From a virus (Duplodnaviria; Caudoviricetes), in IMG/VR virus record IMGVR_UViG_3300006872_000002, positions 1 through 49,552 of that record: a stretch of 49,552 nucleotides of DNA; one strand, written 5' to 3'. The translations under genes and the position numbers were made by a program. Below, piece by piece: positions 1 through 10,925 of this stretch (position 1 is its first letter; each line of letters starts with the position of its first letter). Under the pieces are notes generated by a model. It saw only the letters and a list, made by a program, of their open reading frames with translations. It was not told the origin of the DNA and searched no databases.

Positions 1-687
1 GACAGTCGCATTCGCTTGTGATGTATTCAAGACACCGAATGTCCCACTGTTAACGTTAGCCACGGTTGCATTAGCCACTGATGAATTAAGAACACCAAAA
101 GTTCCACTATTAACGTTTGCAACGGTCGCATTGGCAAAAGAAGAATTTGAAAAGGTAGTAGTACTACTAACAATATTCGCTACAGTAATGTTTGCTATAG
201 AAACACTTAAAGACGAAAGAGTTGCAGTTCCAAATACAATATTTGCCTGTGAAGCATTCAAAACTCCAAAAGTTCCACTATTAACGTTTGCAACGGTCGT
301 GACAAGATTGCTTAGGGTTGCTTTACCACTAGTTATATTTGCAGAAGATGTATTTAATGTCCCTATTGTAGCATTTGAAATATTAGCAGTTGAATTGTTT
401 AATGTGATAACATTTGAGATAGTTGCATTTGACACGCTAACATTGATGGTGGCAAAAGTTGCCCCAACAATATTAGCAACACCAAGATTAAGGGTACCAA
501 CATTAGCAGTTCTTATTATTGCCGTGTTACCTACATTAACACCTACACCAGGATTAGTAAATGTCCATGCGGAATTGGTTTGTGATTGTGGACCATCACT
601 TAAATTATTGGATACCGCAATGACAGCGGATACCGCAGTGACTAACTGTCCAAATGTATTCGCTGTAGATATTTGATTAATGGACAT
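1..687 (-). CDS. Tail fibre/structural protein with ANATVANVNSGTFGVLN-type repeats (3' end runs off the window)
   Basis: Read by hand: ATG at 687 (MSINQISTANTFGQLV...), open to position 1, Asn/Thr/Val/Ala-rich repeats, directly downstream of the baseplate genes. Not in the ORF track because the window contains no stop. Confidence 0.75.
   Translation of the reverse strand, partial: MSINQISTANTFGQLVTAVSAVIAVSNNLSDGPQSQTNSAWTFTNPGVGVNVGNTAIIRTANVGTLNLGVANIVGATFATINVSVSNATISNVITLNNSTANISNATIGTLNTSSANITSGKATLSNLVTTVANVNSGTFGVLNASQANIVFGTATLSSLSVSIANITVANIVSSTTTFSNSSFANATVANVNSGTFGVLNSSVANATVANVNSGTFGVLNTSQANATV
95..299. repeat. 34-bp direct repeat inside the fibre gene
   Basis: ccaaaagttccactattaacgtttgcaacggtcg at 95-128 and 266-299; degenerate copy at about 35-68. 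Confidence 0.8.
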
Positions 688-688
688 A

Positions 689-931
689 TTACCTTCTACT
701 CTTTAAATTTGCAAGTTCACTGATTATGGTTTTTAGTGATTGAACTTCTTGCTCTAAGGAACTAAGACGCTGCTTTGTTTCATGAGCGTCACGTCTATCC
801 TTTAATGCCTTTGTCCTTTGTTCCTTATATTTTCTTAACCCCTCAACATCGGTATTAAGAACCGCTTTGGTTCTTATATCCCTGACTAAATCACTTGTAT
901 TTTTAATTTCTACCGTATTTAGTTGACTCAT
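689..931 (-). CDS. Small conserved T4-like hypothetical protein (coiled-coil C-terminus)
   Basis: 80 aa ORF with DLVRDIRTKAVLNTD motif, tightly packed in the structural operon. Confidence 0.75.
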   Translation of the reverse strand: MSQLNTVEIKNTSDLVRDIRTKAVLNTDVEGLRKYKEQRTKALKDRRDAHETKQRLSSLEQEVQSLKTIISELANLKSRR

Positions 932-940
932 TTTGAATCC

Positions 941-3900
941 TTATGATAGTGCAGGTAACGCAATGATGCGCAAATCTTTAATTCTTGGTACCTTTGTAGT
1001 ATCTTTTGTTGACATAACAATTTTAATAGAGAATTGTTTAAAGGTTGTAAATGAATCGTATTGAACACGATCATCAGCAATATTATTTGAACCTGGAGCA
1101 TACACAAAATCCTTTAAATCACCTGGATTTTGTGAAACATTATTATACCCCTTAATAATGGTCATTAGACTCCAAGTTCTATTATCAAAATTCTGATCGG
1201 GGTCATCAGATGATAGAATCTTATAGTACACATAAATGTTTGCTTCAGATGGTTTGTACGCAGTAAAGAAGATGCGGAAATCTCCAGCATCCATACCATC
1301 GGCAAGTGTGACTTTTCGAGTAATATAACGAGCAATAGCAGGACCACCTGAAGCCTGATCTTCACCAGCAACATGGATATTTGCAGTCAATGCATTGTTT
1401 CCAGATAATGTAATAGATGGTGTGAGGGTATATGAACTACCAGATGCATTAACCACTACATTGGATAGTACTCTATTGTTACTATCAATTTGTGTATTTG
1501 CAACATAAGCATTAGCACCACTTCCATTACCACCACTTATGGTCAATGTTAATCCAGAAGCATCGAACCAATTTGTACTAGAATTGATAACGGTCACTGA
1601 TGAATTATCAAGACCAAGATTATTACAATAGTTTTGAATTGCAAGGACTGATAAACGATCCAAGTCAATAACAGGAGAAACATCTTTACTGTTTGAACCT
1701 AGGAATAATCTAAGTTTGAATGAATTTATATCACTGGTTGCAACTCTTCGACCCAAAGTATCATTGAAGAAGTTGTTTTCACCTAGTTCAACATTAACAA
1801 GTTCTTGTTTTACACCCGATTCAAGAGTGGTTGCAGCAGCAGCAACAATCTCTGTATTTGGTAGAACAAGATTTCCAGATGTCACATAATACAAATCCAT
1901 AGGAACATTGCTAGTAGGTGCTGCGTTTGAATCCAATCTAAATTCGACATTTCCAACAACACTTGAATCAAATTGTGCTCGAATCAAACGGAAACACAAA
2001 TCTTCTTCTTGAATTGGGTTCCATGTTGTAGAGTTTTGAGATTTGAATAATACACCAAGATATGGTTGTTCAGAAATAACACGATCCGTACCAATAATTT
2101 TACTTCCAATATGTGAAATATACACGGTGTACTTGACAGAATTTGCCATCAGGACAACACAGTACTCTGCGCCTTGTTGTAAGAATACTGGACCAGCAAA
2201 ACGAACTTCTGTATATAAAGTTGCATCGTCCAGAGGATTAAGTCCTGCTGTATAGACCTCTGCCATCTTTTCTTCTGATACTATATTACAATCTTCTGGA
2301 TTTATGATAACATCTGATCCAGGAATAACCTGAGAAGAATGTGGGAATCCATTGACCACTGGTCGCAATTGAACCTGTAGTGGGATAACTGGATCCTTAC
2401 TCTTAATGAGTAAACGAACCGCAGTCATCATAACACCAGATGGATATGCAATAGGATCTACTCCAAATGTTTGTGCAAGAGGATCCCAGTATCCAATAAA
2501 TCTAGATCCAACAACGGTGTCAGTAACTTTGGTTGTTACTATAGTTCTATTATCTTCAACATCTGAACGTTGAATAGTTGGAACGCGGGTAGAGATTAAG
2601 GTATTTTCCTTTGTCTCTAATAGACCCTGTGCAAAGTATTTAACTGATCCATTTGTCCCAGATCCCTGAACAACACCATCTATACTATCAGATAACAAGA
2701 ATGGTCTTTCACCAGTTCTAAAACTTAGAGAACTGGATGATGGAATAATGAATATACCAGAAATTTCACCTCGTCTATCTGTTCTAAATGTACCAATAGA
2801 ATATGAAGTATTGGTGCCCAGTGTTGTACTTACTGGGGTAAATCCAATATTTCGTGTGATGAAATTATATGAGGTAATAGTTGATGATTGTCCAGCACCA
2901 GGACCAGATGTGAAATAAATCTTTTGACCAACATAACTGGTGTTTGATACTGATGTATTTGAGTTTGCAGCATCGTGTTGCAAGATGATACTGTTTGTGT
3001 TTGGATTGGTAACAAATCCAGAATTATGATAATAACCAGAAATACGAGAATTTGATCCAGATGTTTCACCAATCAAAAAAGTTGAATTGGTGCTATGGAC
3101 AACATATGAATTTGCAACATTGCTATCATCACCACCCTGAACACTAACAACTGTTACATTGCTATATCCATCTTCATTTCTACTAAACACAACTTGTGCA
3201 AATGCTGTATTTGTGCCACGAGCAGGATCAAATACACGAACAATTTCAGAATTCTGATAATCATCTTTATACTTTATTGTTGGATTATCTACCTTAATAA
3301 CAGCAGGTCTGTTACAGTAGGCTGTCACAGGTGTATCATCAAAGAATGCATACAAATCAGTATTACCCAAGAATCCCTTACCTGCAAAGAGAACTCCACG
3401 TGAACGAATGGTTGGAACCACTGATACATCAACAACTTTATTACCAATAGAGCGGGTGATAGTCTGTGGAACAAATGATGTTTTAACACCAGTACGAACT
3501 TGTCTTTGTGTAAGATCTGTAACCGTTCTATTGATAACAGGTGCAAACACATTAACAACATGTCCCAAAGGACCTAACCAACCTCTCCATTGTGGTTCAA
3601 TTAGTTTTGAAGATTTATTGGTAATACCTGCCCAAGTGGTTTGCCAGGAATTCCATTTAGTACCAAATACATTTGGATTTGCTTGTTCCACGGCTTGGGT
3701 AACCGCAGCCCAAGCATCATTATCACCTTCTAGGTTGACATGAACATCAGGTGCTTGTTTGGTATCAACCCAAGTGTCAGAGGATGGATCAAGTTTAATA
3801 TTACCAATGAATGCAACGGTATTGAATGGATTGACATTAACTGCCTGAGATGCAATAGACTGATCTAAGAATGTTAATTCTGTGAATGGAAGAACCACAA

Positions 3901-6900
3901 ACCCACCAATTCTGGCATAATTTGTAGATCCTACATTGTTCAATTCCAAGAATAGAGAATCAATGTTAAATGATGGTCTGAGTTCCTGTTCTTGTTCATC
4001 GATAGCACATCGATAATCTTGATTTACAACATCCCCAACACCATGACCAGTAAATGAGTCAACAATAATACCATTCTTGAAACGGTTTGCACCAACATCA
4101 TCAGTAATTTCCTGATTCTTTGCTGCTTGTTCGAGTAAATTTAAAGAGGTATAGTATTCTAAATTCTGGATACGTTGTTCCAAAGTTCCGATATCACGCA
4201 TAGTGTATCGGCGATTATCAGTATATTGCTGTCTGATTTCTGTGGTGTTTGCAGTAAACGGAGGCAACATCACAGTATACAATGTCATAGAATTATCTTT
4301 ATCTGCTGGTGGTACAGGTGTTAGTGAAGGAAGACCACGCAACACTTCAAATACTCTATCACGTGTCAAGACAACTTTATCTACACGAGCCAAGTAATAT
4401 GAAAAATCTGTTTCAAAAGTTAATCCAGATACACCAAGGATGGCTTCATCATAGATACCAAGAAAATCACCATCTTGACGGCGAGGACGAAAATCGATTG
4501 AATCTCGCAATGAGTACACGGTTCCTGTTGTTGGTGATGTATATGAAGGAATATTTGCATAAGCAATATTTGCAGACAAATAGGAATCCACAGTCAAATA
4601 CCCCAATCCAGAATGAGCAAGGTAGTCAACATATACAACCACATTTCCAGTTGGACCAGATTGACCTGGCTTCAATCGAATTGATGCATGGTCATACACA
4701 TTATCTCTTTGTCCACTATCAAATGTGTATCGAGTGGTAATATCTGCTGCAATTGCAACGTTCCCATCGGTGATGGGGTTCTGTCCAACATCATACACCT
4801 TTCGTAGAGCAATGACATCAGATGTGAAAATTGATTGAGATTTTGTTGGATCTTTTAAGTTTAGCCATGCAGCGGAGTTAGCATAGAATGTTATCTGTGC
4901 TCCATTGGATCCTGCTGCTTGTGAATACCACTGAACTAACCCATTGTTAGCATCTGGAATTTGTACACCACCTGAGTTCAATCCACTTGCAATGTTTGCA
5001 ATACGAGCAGTTTTGCTTCGTAGAATATTTCCCAATGAATGAGAGTATGGTAGTTTTACTTTTACATACACATCTGCAAGTGAAGCACTACCCATGTTTG
5101 GAACAGTAATGGTCCAGGTTGAAGTGTTTGATGTTGTTGTAATCTGAACACTATTTCCATTTGGGTTACCAGATGAGAAATTAATGACTTGATTATTAGC
5201 AATACTCGATCCAGTGTTACCACGAACAACAACCAACACATTATCAATTGCATCTGAACCAGAAACAGGAGCACCATTAATTGCAGAAACGATACCAGGT
5301 GATGAAGTAATTGAGGTAACATTTTGTGTGAATTGAACACCTGGAAATATTTTTCTTCCAAAATATTCAGTATTTGTGATGGGTGATCCACCGACAACAT
5401 CTTGGGCTGAAATAAATGCGTAAGGTAATTCAAGAATTGCTTTATTGAATTGTGTATCCGTGAGAAATGCACCACGATAAGGATCAATGGAAACATCATA
5501 TTTGCTACTATCAGAAACATCCATCTTTGTAGAGAACACATGTTGATTTGAAACTGTGTTCGCATAAACAATAGATTCTGCATCCTTTAATTCATAATCT
5601 AAACGATATTGTGTTTCTGCAGTTGGGATACCAAAAGTAAATGTGTCAATACCAGGTAAGGTAACTGTGTTTGTTGGACCATTATACGAACCCACCACAT
5701 GAGTTTCATTAAGTGAGACACCAGCATGTTTTGTTATTGTAAATTTGATACCAACATATGCATTAGACACTGGTGAGAAGTTTGTGCCCAAACGCATAGT
5801 GTTTGCTGTGCCAGTAGCAGAGCAGTTTGCGATCAAACTTGCTCCAACATTAGCATCAATGGTATATGCCCTCCAAATAGCAGTGGAAATAGAGGATCCA
5901 TTCGCACCACTCTGGTAATCCACAGCACGAATTCGGACGGTTCCGATTGCAGTATTGACGGCTGCTGCAGCATTTGAAACATTGATGCTTGCATGAGGAA
6001 CACAATGAATTGTTCCAGACTGTAATGTTTTAAATGGGATAGGACCCACCATATTGGTTACTTCGATCCAATTTTGATAATCGATTGTTGTTGCATAATT
6101 AGTAACATTTGCAACACTGCGTGCTCTCTCAACTTTTAAGTATTGTGGAGCAATGGTTTCAAACTCATACCCTTGAATATACGCTTTACCAGGTTCAACA
6201 ACAATATTGAATGCATTAGCATAAGTTTCGTGGGCATCAAATGCAATCTTGAATGGTCTAACGGTAAATGATCCTGATTGATCATTGGTTCTTCTAGCAA
6301 GGGTATCTTCCAAAACGGAGTAGATTGGATAGGTTACTTTCTTAATCAAATTACCATTTTGTACACGAAGTAATTCTATAAACTTAGTATCATCATCAGA
6401 ATCTAACGCTCTTTTTGAGAGTGTTAATGTGATTTTTAGACGATCTGCACCAGGGGCTTGGTAATTGGTTGCGTTTAGTGCAGGGTCAAGTAAAGAAGAA
6501 TCATTGATTGTTGTAACGATAGACTCTTCCTTTTGGAGACCAATTCTGTAAGTTGGTGTAGTCCCATATGCATCAAGGATAATAGTTTGAGGAGCATTTT
6601 GGACAAAGAATCCATCAATGAAGAATACCCCAGTATCGATACTGCAAATAGAAGAATTTCCAATAATAGTATTGCTTGTAACACCAGTTAGTCCACTTAA
6701 ACTTGTAATAATTTTAACAGAAGAAGTTCCATCTTCTGTTGATATGGCATTAGCGGATGCTATATTGAATGTTTGACCTGATGCATACTTGATAACAAGG
6801 GTAACTGGGGTTGTGAGAGTTGCTTCTTGTGCAGCAATGACGTAGGCACGAACCCCCGCACCATCACCATCAACAACAAATTTACCAATATAATCATTTA

Positions 6901-7168
6901 CATCGACTGCATTTCCGTTGATATCGTTGGTTTGAACACAGACATATTTTGTTTTGGAAGTTTCCAACATTGTCTGTCCACCAGTAACGATGGAGCCGTT
7001 TTTGAAAATGTTGTTTCCAAATTTGCTAACCTGATCTTGAAGGATGCTTTGTGATGTAGTCAATTCTCTGGCTTGAACAGGGAAACTTGGACGAAAGAGA
7101 ACTTTGTGAAAGTTCTTTTCAGAATTAAAATCATCAAAATATGGGCTCTGTGATGTATCAATAGCCAT
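941..7168 (-). CDS. Large virion structural/baseplate protein (DUF4815/VrlC-like)
   Basis: 2075 aa; N-terminal SPYFDDF..KNFHKVLFRP..VQARELT, RRYTMRDIG.LE.RI.NLEYYTSL, NRFKNG, DPLAQTF and C-terminal VPRIKDLR.IAL, typical of T4-like cyano/pelagiphage VrlC-like proteins. Confidence 0.85.
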   Translation of the reverse strand: MAIDTSQSPYFDDFNSEKNFHKVLFRPSFPVQARELTTSQSILQDQVSKFGNNIFKNGSIVTGGQTMLETSKTKYVCVQTNDINGNAVDVNDYIGKFVVDGDGAGVRAYVIAAQEATLTTPVTLVIKYASGQTFNIASANAISTEDGTSSVKIITSLSGLTGVTSNTIIGNSSICSIDTGVFFIDGFFVQNAPQTIILDAYGTTPTYRIGLQKEESIVTTINDSSLLDPALNATNYQAPGADRLKITLTLSKRALDSDDDTKFIELLRVQNGNLIKKVTYPIYSVLEDTLARRTNDQSGSFTVRPFKIAFDAHETYANAFNIVVEPGKAYIQGYEFETIAPQYLKVERARSVANVTNYATTIDYQNWIEVTNMVGPIPFKTLQSGTIHCVPHASINVSNAAAAVNTAIGTVRIRAVDYQSGANGSSISTAIWRAYTIDANVGASLIANCSATGTANTMRLGTNFSPVSNAYVGIKFTITKHAGVSLNETHVVGSYNGPTNTVTLPGIDTFTFGIPTAETQYRLDYELKDAESIVYANTVSNQHVFSTKMDVSDSSKYDVSIDPYRGAFLTDTQFNKAILELPYAFISAQDVVGGSPITNTEYFGRKIFPGVQFTQNVTSITSSPGIVSAINGAPVSGSDAIDNVLVVVRGNTGSSIANNQVINFSSGNPNGNSVQITTTSNTSTWTITVPNMGSASLADVYVKVKLPYSHSLGNILRSKTARIANIASGLNSGGVQIPDANNGLVQWYSQAAGSNGAQITFYANSAAWLNLKDPTKSQSIFTSDVIALRKVYDVGQNPITDGNVAIAADITTRYTFDSGQRDNVYDHASIRLKPGQSGPTGNVVVYVDYLAHSGLGYLTVDSYLSANIAYANIPSYTSPTTGTVYSLRDSIDFRPRRQDGDFLGIYDEAILGVSGLTFETDFSYYLARVDKVVLTRDRVFEVLRGLPSLTPVPPADKDNSMTLYTVMLPPFTANTTEIRQQYTDNRRYTMRDIGTLEQRIQNLEYYTSLNLLEQAAKNQEITDDVGANRFKNGIIVDSFTGHGVGDVVNQDYRCAIDEQEQELRPSFNIDSLFLELNNVGSTNYARIGGFVVLPFTELTFLDQSIASQAVNVNPFNTVAFIGNIKLDPSSDTWVDTKQAPDVHVNLEGDNDAWAAVTQAVEQANPNVFGTKWNSWQTTWAGITNKSSKLIEPQWRGWLGPLGHVVNVFAPVINRTVTDLTQRQVRTGVKTSFVPQTITRSIGNKVVDVSVVPTIRSRGVLFAGKGFLGNTDLYAFFDDTPVTAYCNRPAVIKVDNPTIKYKDDYQNSEIVRVFDPARGTNTAFAQVVFSRNEDGYSNVTVVSVQGGDDSNVANSYVVHSTNSTFLIGETSGSNSRISGYYHNSGFVTNPNTNSIILQHDAANSNTSVSNTSYVGQKIYFTSGPGAGQSSTITSYNFITRNIGFTPVSTTLGTNTSYSIGTFRTDRRGEISGIFIIPSSSSLSFRTGERPFLLSDSIDGVVQGSGTNGSVKYFAQGLLETKENTLISTRVPTIQRSDVEDNRTIVTTKVTDTVVGSRFIGYWDPLAQTFGVDPIAYPSGVMMTAVRLLIKSKDPVIPLQVQLRPVVNGFPHSSQVIPGSDVIINPEDCNIVSEEKMAEVYTAGLNPLDDATLYTEVRFAGPVFLQQGAEYCVVLMANSVKYTVYISHIGSKIIGTDRVISEQPYLGVLFKSQNSTTWNPIQEEDLCFRLIRAQFDSSVVGNVEFRLDSNAAPTSNVPMDLYYVTSGNLVLPNTEIVAAAATTLESGVKQELVNVELGENNFFNDTLGRRVATSDINSFKLRLFLGSNSKDVSPVIDLDRLSVLAIQNYCNNLGLDNSSVTVINSSTNWFDASGLTLTISGGNGSGANAYVANTQIDSNNRVLSNVVVNASGSSYTLTPSITLSGNNALTANIHVAGEDQASGGPAIARYITRKVTLADGMDAGDFRIFFTAYKPSEANIYVYYKILSSDDPDQNFDNRTWSLMTIIKGYNNVSQNPGDLKDFVYAPGSNNIADDRVQYDSFTTFKQFSIKIVMSTKDTTKVPRIKDLRIIALPALS

Positions 7169-7194
7169 GAAATATCCTTATTGGGTGATAAAAG

Positions 7195-7202
7195 TATTTA
7201 TA
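7195..7202 (-). promoter_or_regulatory. T4-type late promoter TATAAATA
   Basis: Exact TATAAATA on the minus strand 26 nt upstream of the 2075 aa gene. Confidence 0.75.
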
Positions 7203-7210
7203 CCATTTTA

Positions 7211-8548
7211 TTAGAAGGTTAGAACGATTTTAACCCACTCTGCCTGACCTGATGTTCTAATGACTGGGGATCGATTTTCTGTATATACTAGGTCCCCCGT
7301 TTCCACTTCAAAGTCTGGATTCTTGTATGCAACAACTGTTCGTGAAATTCCAGAATTTGCACCAATTAAAAGATTTCCTGGAATTGGTGTTCCACGTCTA
7401 TTCACACATTCTATTGAATTACTTGTGATATCTAATACATTCGCAGAAAAAGTTGAATTTGATAGTGAAACCCCCTGATAAACTACTTCATCCTTTGTGT
7501 ATGATGGTCCAGAAGTTAAGATAATTTGGGTTGACATCGTAACTGCAATGGACGCATTTGAATACGATATAGGTGTTGTTTCACCATATTTATGGGGTCT
7601 TAGAAGCAGTCCGATCTGCCTAAAATCATTATTTGCACTTATAGTATCCCCTTCGGTTGAATCTGTTTCACCAATTTTAACAGATATCATAACCGCATTT
7701 GCACCCAGTTCTCTTGCGGGATTAAACCCATGTCCACCATAGGGTGACAATATCATACGAACATTTGCACCAGTGCCAGAACCAGTTATAACTGTTCTAG
7801 CATTTTGTCTGACATATCCAACCCCTCTATTTGTCATGGTTATGGAAGAAACATTTCCGCTTGGATGGACATTGATTGACGCATTTCCTAATAAACCAGA
7901 ACCAATAATAGAAATTGTAGTGTTTGTATTTGAGTAACCAGAACCACCAGAGACAAGCAACAATCTTGAAATTGCACCTGCTACCAAGTTATTAGCAAAT
8001 CCAAAATATGATTCTGATTGTGAGATTGGTGCAGGAATCCAAGAAGAAGTCAAAAATTTGCTACTAGTTGGAACTTTATACATATACTTCCATGTATACC
8101 CATCACCAGGACTTGTAAATCCATTTGCTGTGGTGTAATTGTTTGCAGGTTCTATTGTTGATAATGATCCATTAGCATTATCTATACACTTATAAACATT
8201 CCCACCAGAAGCATAGACGTACATGGAATTTGAGGATGAGAATAAAACATTGCTGGTATCATCATATTGTGTGTACACTACATTAGCAGTCCAGTTGACA
8301 CGAGGAATGACAGGAAATACATCATTTCCAGTTATCTTTTTCCCACCGATAAAATTATTAAATGTATCAAACAAGGTAGATTCTGTATCATAGATAGCAA
8401 CTGCATTATCACCATTCGCCCATGCGGTGGGTCTGCCAATCATAATATACCCCACCATAGCGTCATTTGCGCTGGTGACGAAGGTATCATAGAAAATGAA
8501 TGCTCTTTCAAATCCTAATCTGCGTGATGTTGATGAAAAATTTGGCAT
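7211..8548 (-). CDS. gp8: Baseplate wedge subunit gp8
   Basis: VIPRVNW, NVYKCIDN, DGYTWKYMY, GHGFNP.RELG, NDFRQIGLL motifs; synteny. Confidence 0.88.
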   Translation of the reverse strand: MPNFSSTSRRLGFERAFIFYDTFVTSANDAMVGYIMIGRPTAWANGDNAVAIYDTESTLFDTFNNFIGGKKITGNDVFPVIPRVNWTANVVYTQYDDTSNVLFSSSNSMYVYASGGNVYKCIDNANGSLSTIEPANNYTTANGFTSPGDGYTWKYMYKVPTSSKFLTSSWIPAPISQSESYFGFANNLVAGAISRLLLVSGGSGYSNTNTTISIIGSGLLGNASINVHPSGNVSSITMTNRGVGYVRQNARTVITGSGTGANVRMILSPYGGHGFNPARELGANAVMISVKIGETDSTEGDTISANNDFRQIGLLLRPHKYGETTPISYSNASIAVTMSTQIILTSGPSYTKDEVVYQGVSLSNSTFSANVLDITSNSIECVNRRGTPIPGNLLIGANSGISRTVVAYKNPDFEVETGDLVYTENRSPVIRTSGQAEWVKIVLTF

Positions 8549-8576
8549 AATGTTCCTTCCAGATCCATCTGTTTAT

Positions 8577-10925
8577 TTATGATGAAGTCTGGTACGTGTT
8601 AGCGATATTGACAGAGGTAATGTCTGAAACAACTATTTGTGAATCTATTAGATATTCTGCCCTAAGACTCAACCCCAGAGGATGAACCAGTTCTTTCAAT
8701 ACTTCTTTATATTTAACGAGTTCTGTTTGTGATTGTATTACATATGAGAAATTGCTATAATATCCTTCGCTCTGTAATCTTTGGTCTGAACTCAAAAATC
8801 CTTCAGTTGACTGGAACCTTCCTGGTGTCATGAATAAGTTACTAATCATTACAGCAACCGCTTTTGCTTTTCCGTTACCCTTTGTACTCAAATCAATTAT
8901 AGGAGTAGATTGGTATCCATAACCTGGATTAGTAACCTTAATTGATCGTATTTTTCCAACGGGTTCTTGAGTTTGTGAATTTAATTCAAACTGTGCACCA
9001 CCAGACAATACGAGTTCTGCCGCAACCTGAGCACCAGAAGCGAAAGGGTTAGTAGAAATTACATGTCCTATTGGTAGAGCATCTTGTCTATAATTCATCC
9101 CACCGACAAAATATCTTCCATAGACCCCAAGTTTTCGTGAAGTTGAATTCCTAGTGAACGCCGTATTCACTACAAGATGATTGTTATTTGAAATGGTAGT
9201 GATATAACTTGATTCACTATTAATTTCAATCCTATCCCCGATAAACAATTCAGTGGTGAATGAGGTATTAGTTCCAAAAACTTGAGTGTTAGATATAGAA
9301 GTATTAACTGTAACTGTTCCATTGACACGTGAGGGTCTAAACTCAACCGTTTTTATACCAGAGTTTGCGACATGAAGACTAGTAACCTCTGCTGCAGCAC
9401 CTATACCTATTCCAATTCCTGGTATATTCTCAAATGAGACTTCATCACCGACAGAATAATTAACACCACCATCTACAACATTCATTTTTCCCAAAATACC
9501 AAACCAAGATAAAGATACATTTGCTGTGGCTATATTTCCGTTTGCAGTTGTTCCGGTTAAATAAACGATAGGAGCATCAACTGTAAGTGTTGGTGGTGTG
9601 GTGAATACAGATGTGCTGGTAAGTATTGTGACTTCTTTAATTGGTCCAACCCTTTCAGTGGGGGACTTTCCTAATAGAAAATCAGTAAATGCTGAACTCA
9701 TTATAGTGTTAACGTTTTCGGAAAGACCAGGTGTAAAATAATAATTTGGGTCAGAAATAACTGTGTTTGCCCACAAAGATAATACATCTTGATTAATAAA
9801 ATATGAATTAGGGTGGACATTCCCAGATGCATCAACCGATAATATTGCAGCATTTAATCCGGTGTTTGGAGATGATGTGATGTATGTGAGTTGACCTGCT
9901 TGATATCCAACTCCCCCCTTAACAACTTTAATATTAGAAATCAAATCGGTAAATATTTCATCGACAATTGCAGTTGCAGAATTTTGTGGAAATCCACCAG
10001 TGATCGTTACAATGTCTCCAACATTATATGATTGTCCACCATTTGTAATATTAATGTATGACAAGTATGATATCAATTTTGCATAGATGTTTATTGATAA
10101 TCCATTGGGTACGTCATATGTCCATTTACCCTTTATAACTTCTGATTGGGAAAATTCCCCCAATGGATTACTGACCAACAAATCCAATTGTGGTGAACCA
10201 TCCTGAACTATTTGTTGTAAGGTTTCAGAAACAACTGATGCTCCAGAAGATTGACCGATAAACCTTACAATAATTTGTCTAGTTTGAAATAAGTCAATTA
10301 GGTCCACACCGCTGTAGGTGATTTTAATTTGTGCATTAGATGTGGGTGGTGTGTCAAATATAATATATGGATCATTTGGAGAATGTCGATATCCAGAAGA
10401 TTGTAAAACATCATTGACATATACCGTAGCAGTCGCTCCACGAGAATGATCCAATGCTCTATATCTGGTTTCCACACCATTGGACGTTTCTAGTGTCCAC
10501 ATAGTTGTGTCCAATCTTAAAGATGCAGAATTTGCCCAACCACTGGTTGATGCTCTAAGAACACTAGTGTGTGGATAAAATACTTCAATGTCTTGACCAT
10601 AAAGTAACCTGAATAGAAGTTTTACTGATTTTTCTGTGCCCTTTGTTCTATACAACTCTTTTGCATGCTGAATAAAAAACTCTGGGTTTGATAATTGTTC
10701 TTCTGGAAACAGAGGAAGAAATTGTTTCGTAAAGTGTGATATAAAATTATCTAGACTTGCATCCATATCAATGGCATCTGGAAGACTTTTACTGAGATTC
10801 ATGACTTGACCAGTAGAGTCCATCCATTCATAATATGATTCCACGAATGCCACAAAGGTATCGTAATTATTTCTCACAAATTCTGGAAGTTGTTGTCTAA
10901 TTAAAAGAGATACTGTATTTGCCAT
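8577..10925 (-). CDS. gp7: Baseplate wedge initiator gp7-like
   Basis: QLPEFVR..Y..FV.F...YYEW, LYRTKGT..SVKLLFRLLYG, QRLQSEGYY.NFSYVIQS, LVHP.G; lies between gp6 and gp8. Confidence 0.8.
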   Translation of the reverse strand: MANTVSLLIRQQLPEFVRNNYDTFVAFVESYYEWMDSTGQVMNLSKSLPDAIDMDASLDNFISHFTKQFLPLFPEEQLSNPEFFIQHAKELYRTKGTEKSVKLLFRLLYGQDIEVFYPHTSVLRASTSGWANSASLRLDTTMWTLETSNGVETRYRALDHSRGATATVYVNDVLQSSGYRHSPNDPYIIFDTPPTSNAQIKITYSGVDLIDLFQTRQIIVRFIGQSSGASVVSETLQQIVQDGSPQLDLLVSNPLGEFSQSEVIKGKWTYDVPNGLSINIYAKLISYLSYINITNGGQSYNVGDIVTITGGFPQNSATAIVDEIFTDLISNIKVVKGGVGYQAGQLTYITSSPNTGLNAAILSVDASGNVHPNSYFINQDVLSLWANTVISDPNYYFTPGLSENVNTIMSSAFTDFLLGKSPTERVGPIKEVTILTSTSVFTTPPTLTVDAPIVYLTGTTANGNIATANVSLSWFGILGKMNVVDGGVNYSVGDEVSFENIPGIGIGIGAAAEVTSLHVANSGIKTVEFRPSRVNGTVTVNTSISNTQVFGTNTSFTTELFIGDRIEINSESSYITTISNNNHLVVNTAFTRNSTSRKLGVYGRYFVGGMNYRQDALPIGHVISTNPFASGAQVAAELVLSGGAQFELNSQTQEPVGKIRSIKVTNPGYGYQSTPIIDLSTKGNGKAKAVAVMISNLFMTPGRFQSTEGFLSSDQRLQSEGYYSNFSYVIQSQTELVKYKEVLKELVHPLGLSLRAEYLIDSQIVVSDITSVNIANTYQTSS

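Noticed and set aside
131-676. 181 aa plus-strand ORF
   Set aside because: Antisense shadow of the repetitive minus-strand fibre gene (1-687), which fits the operon direction
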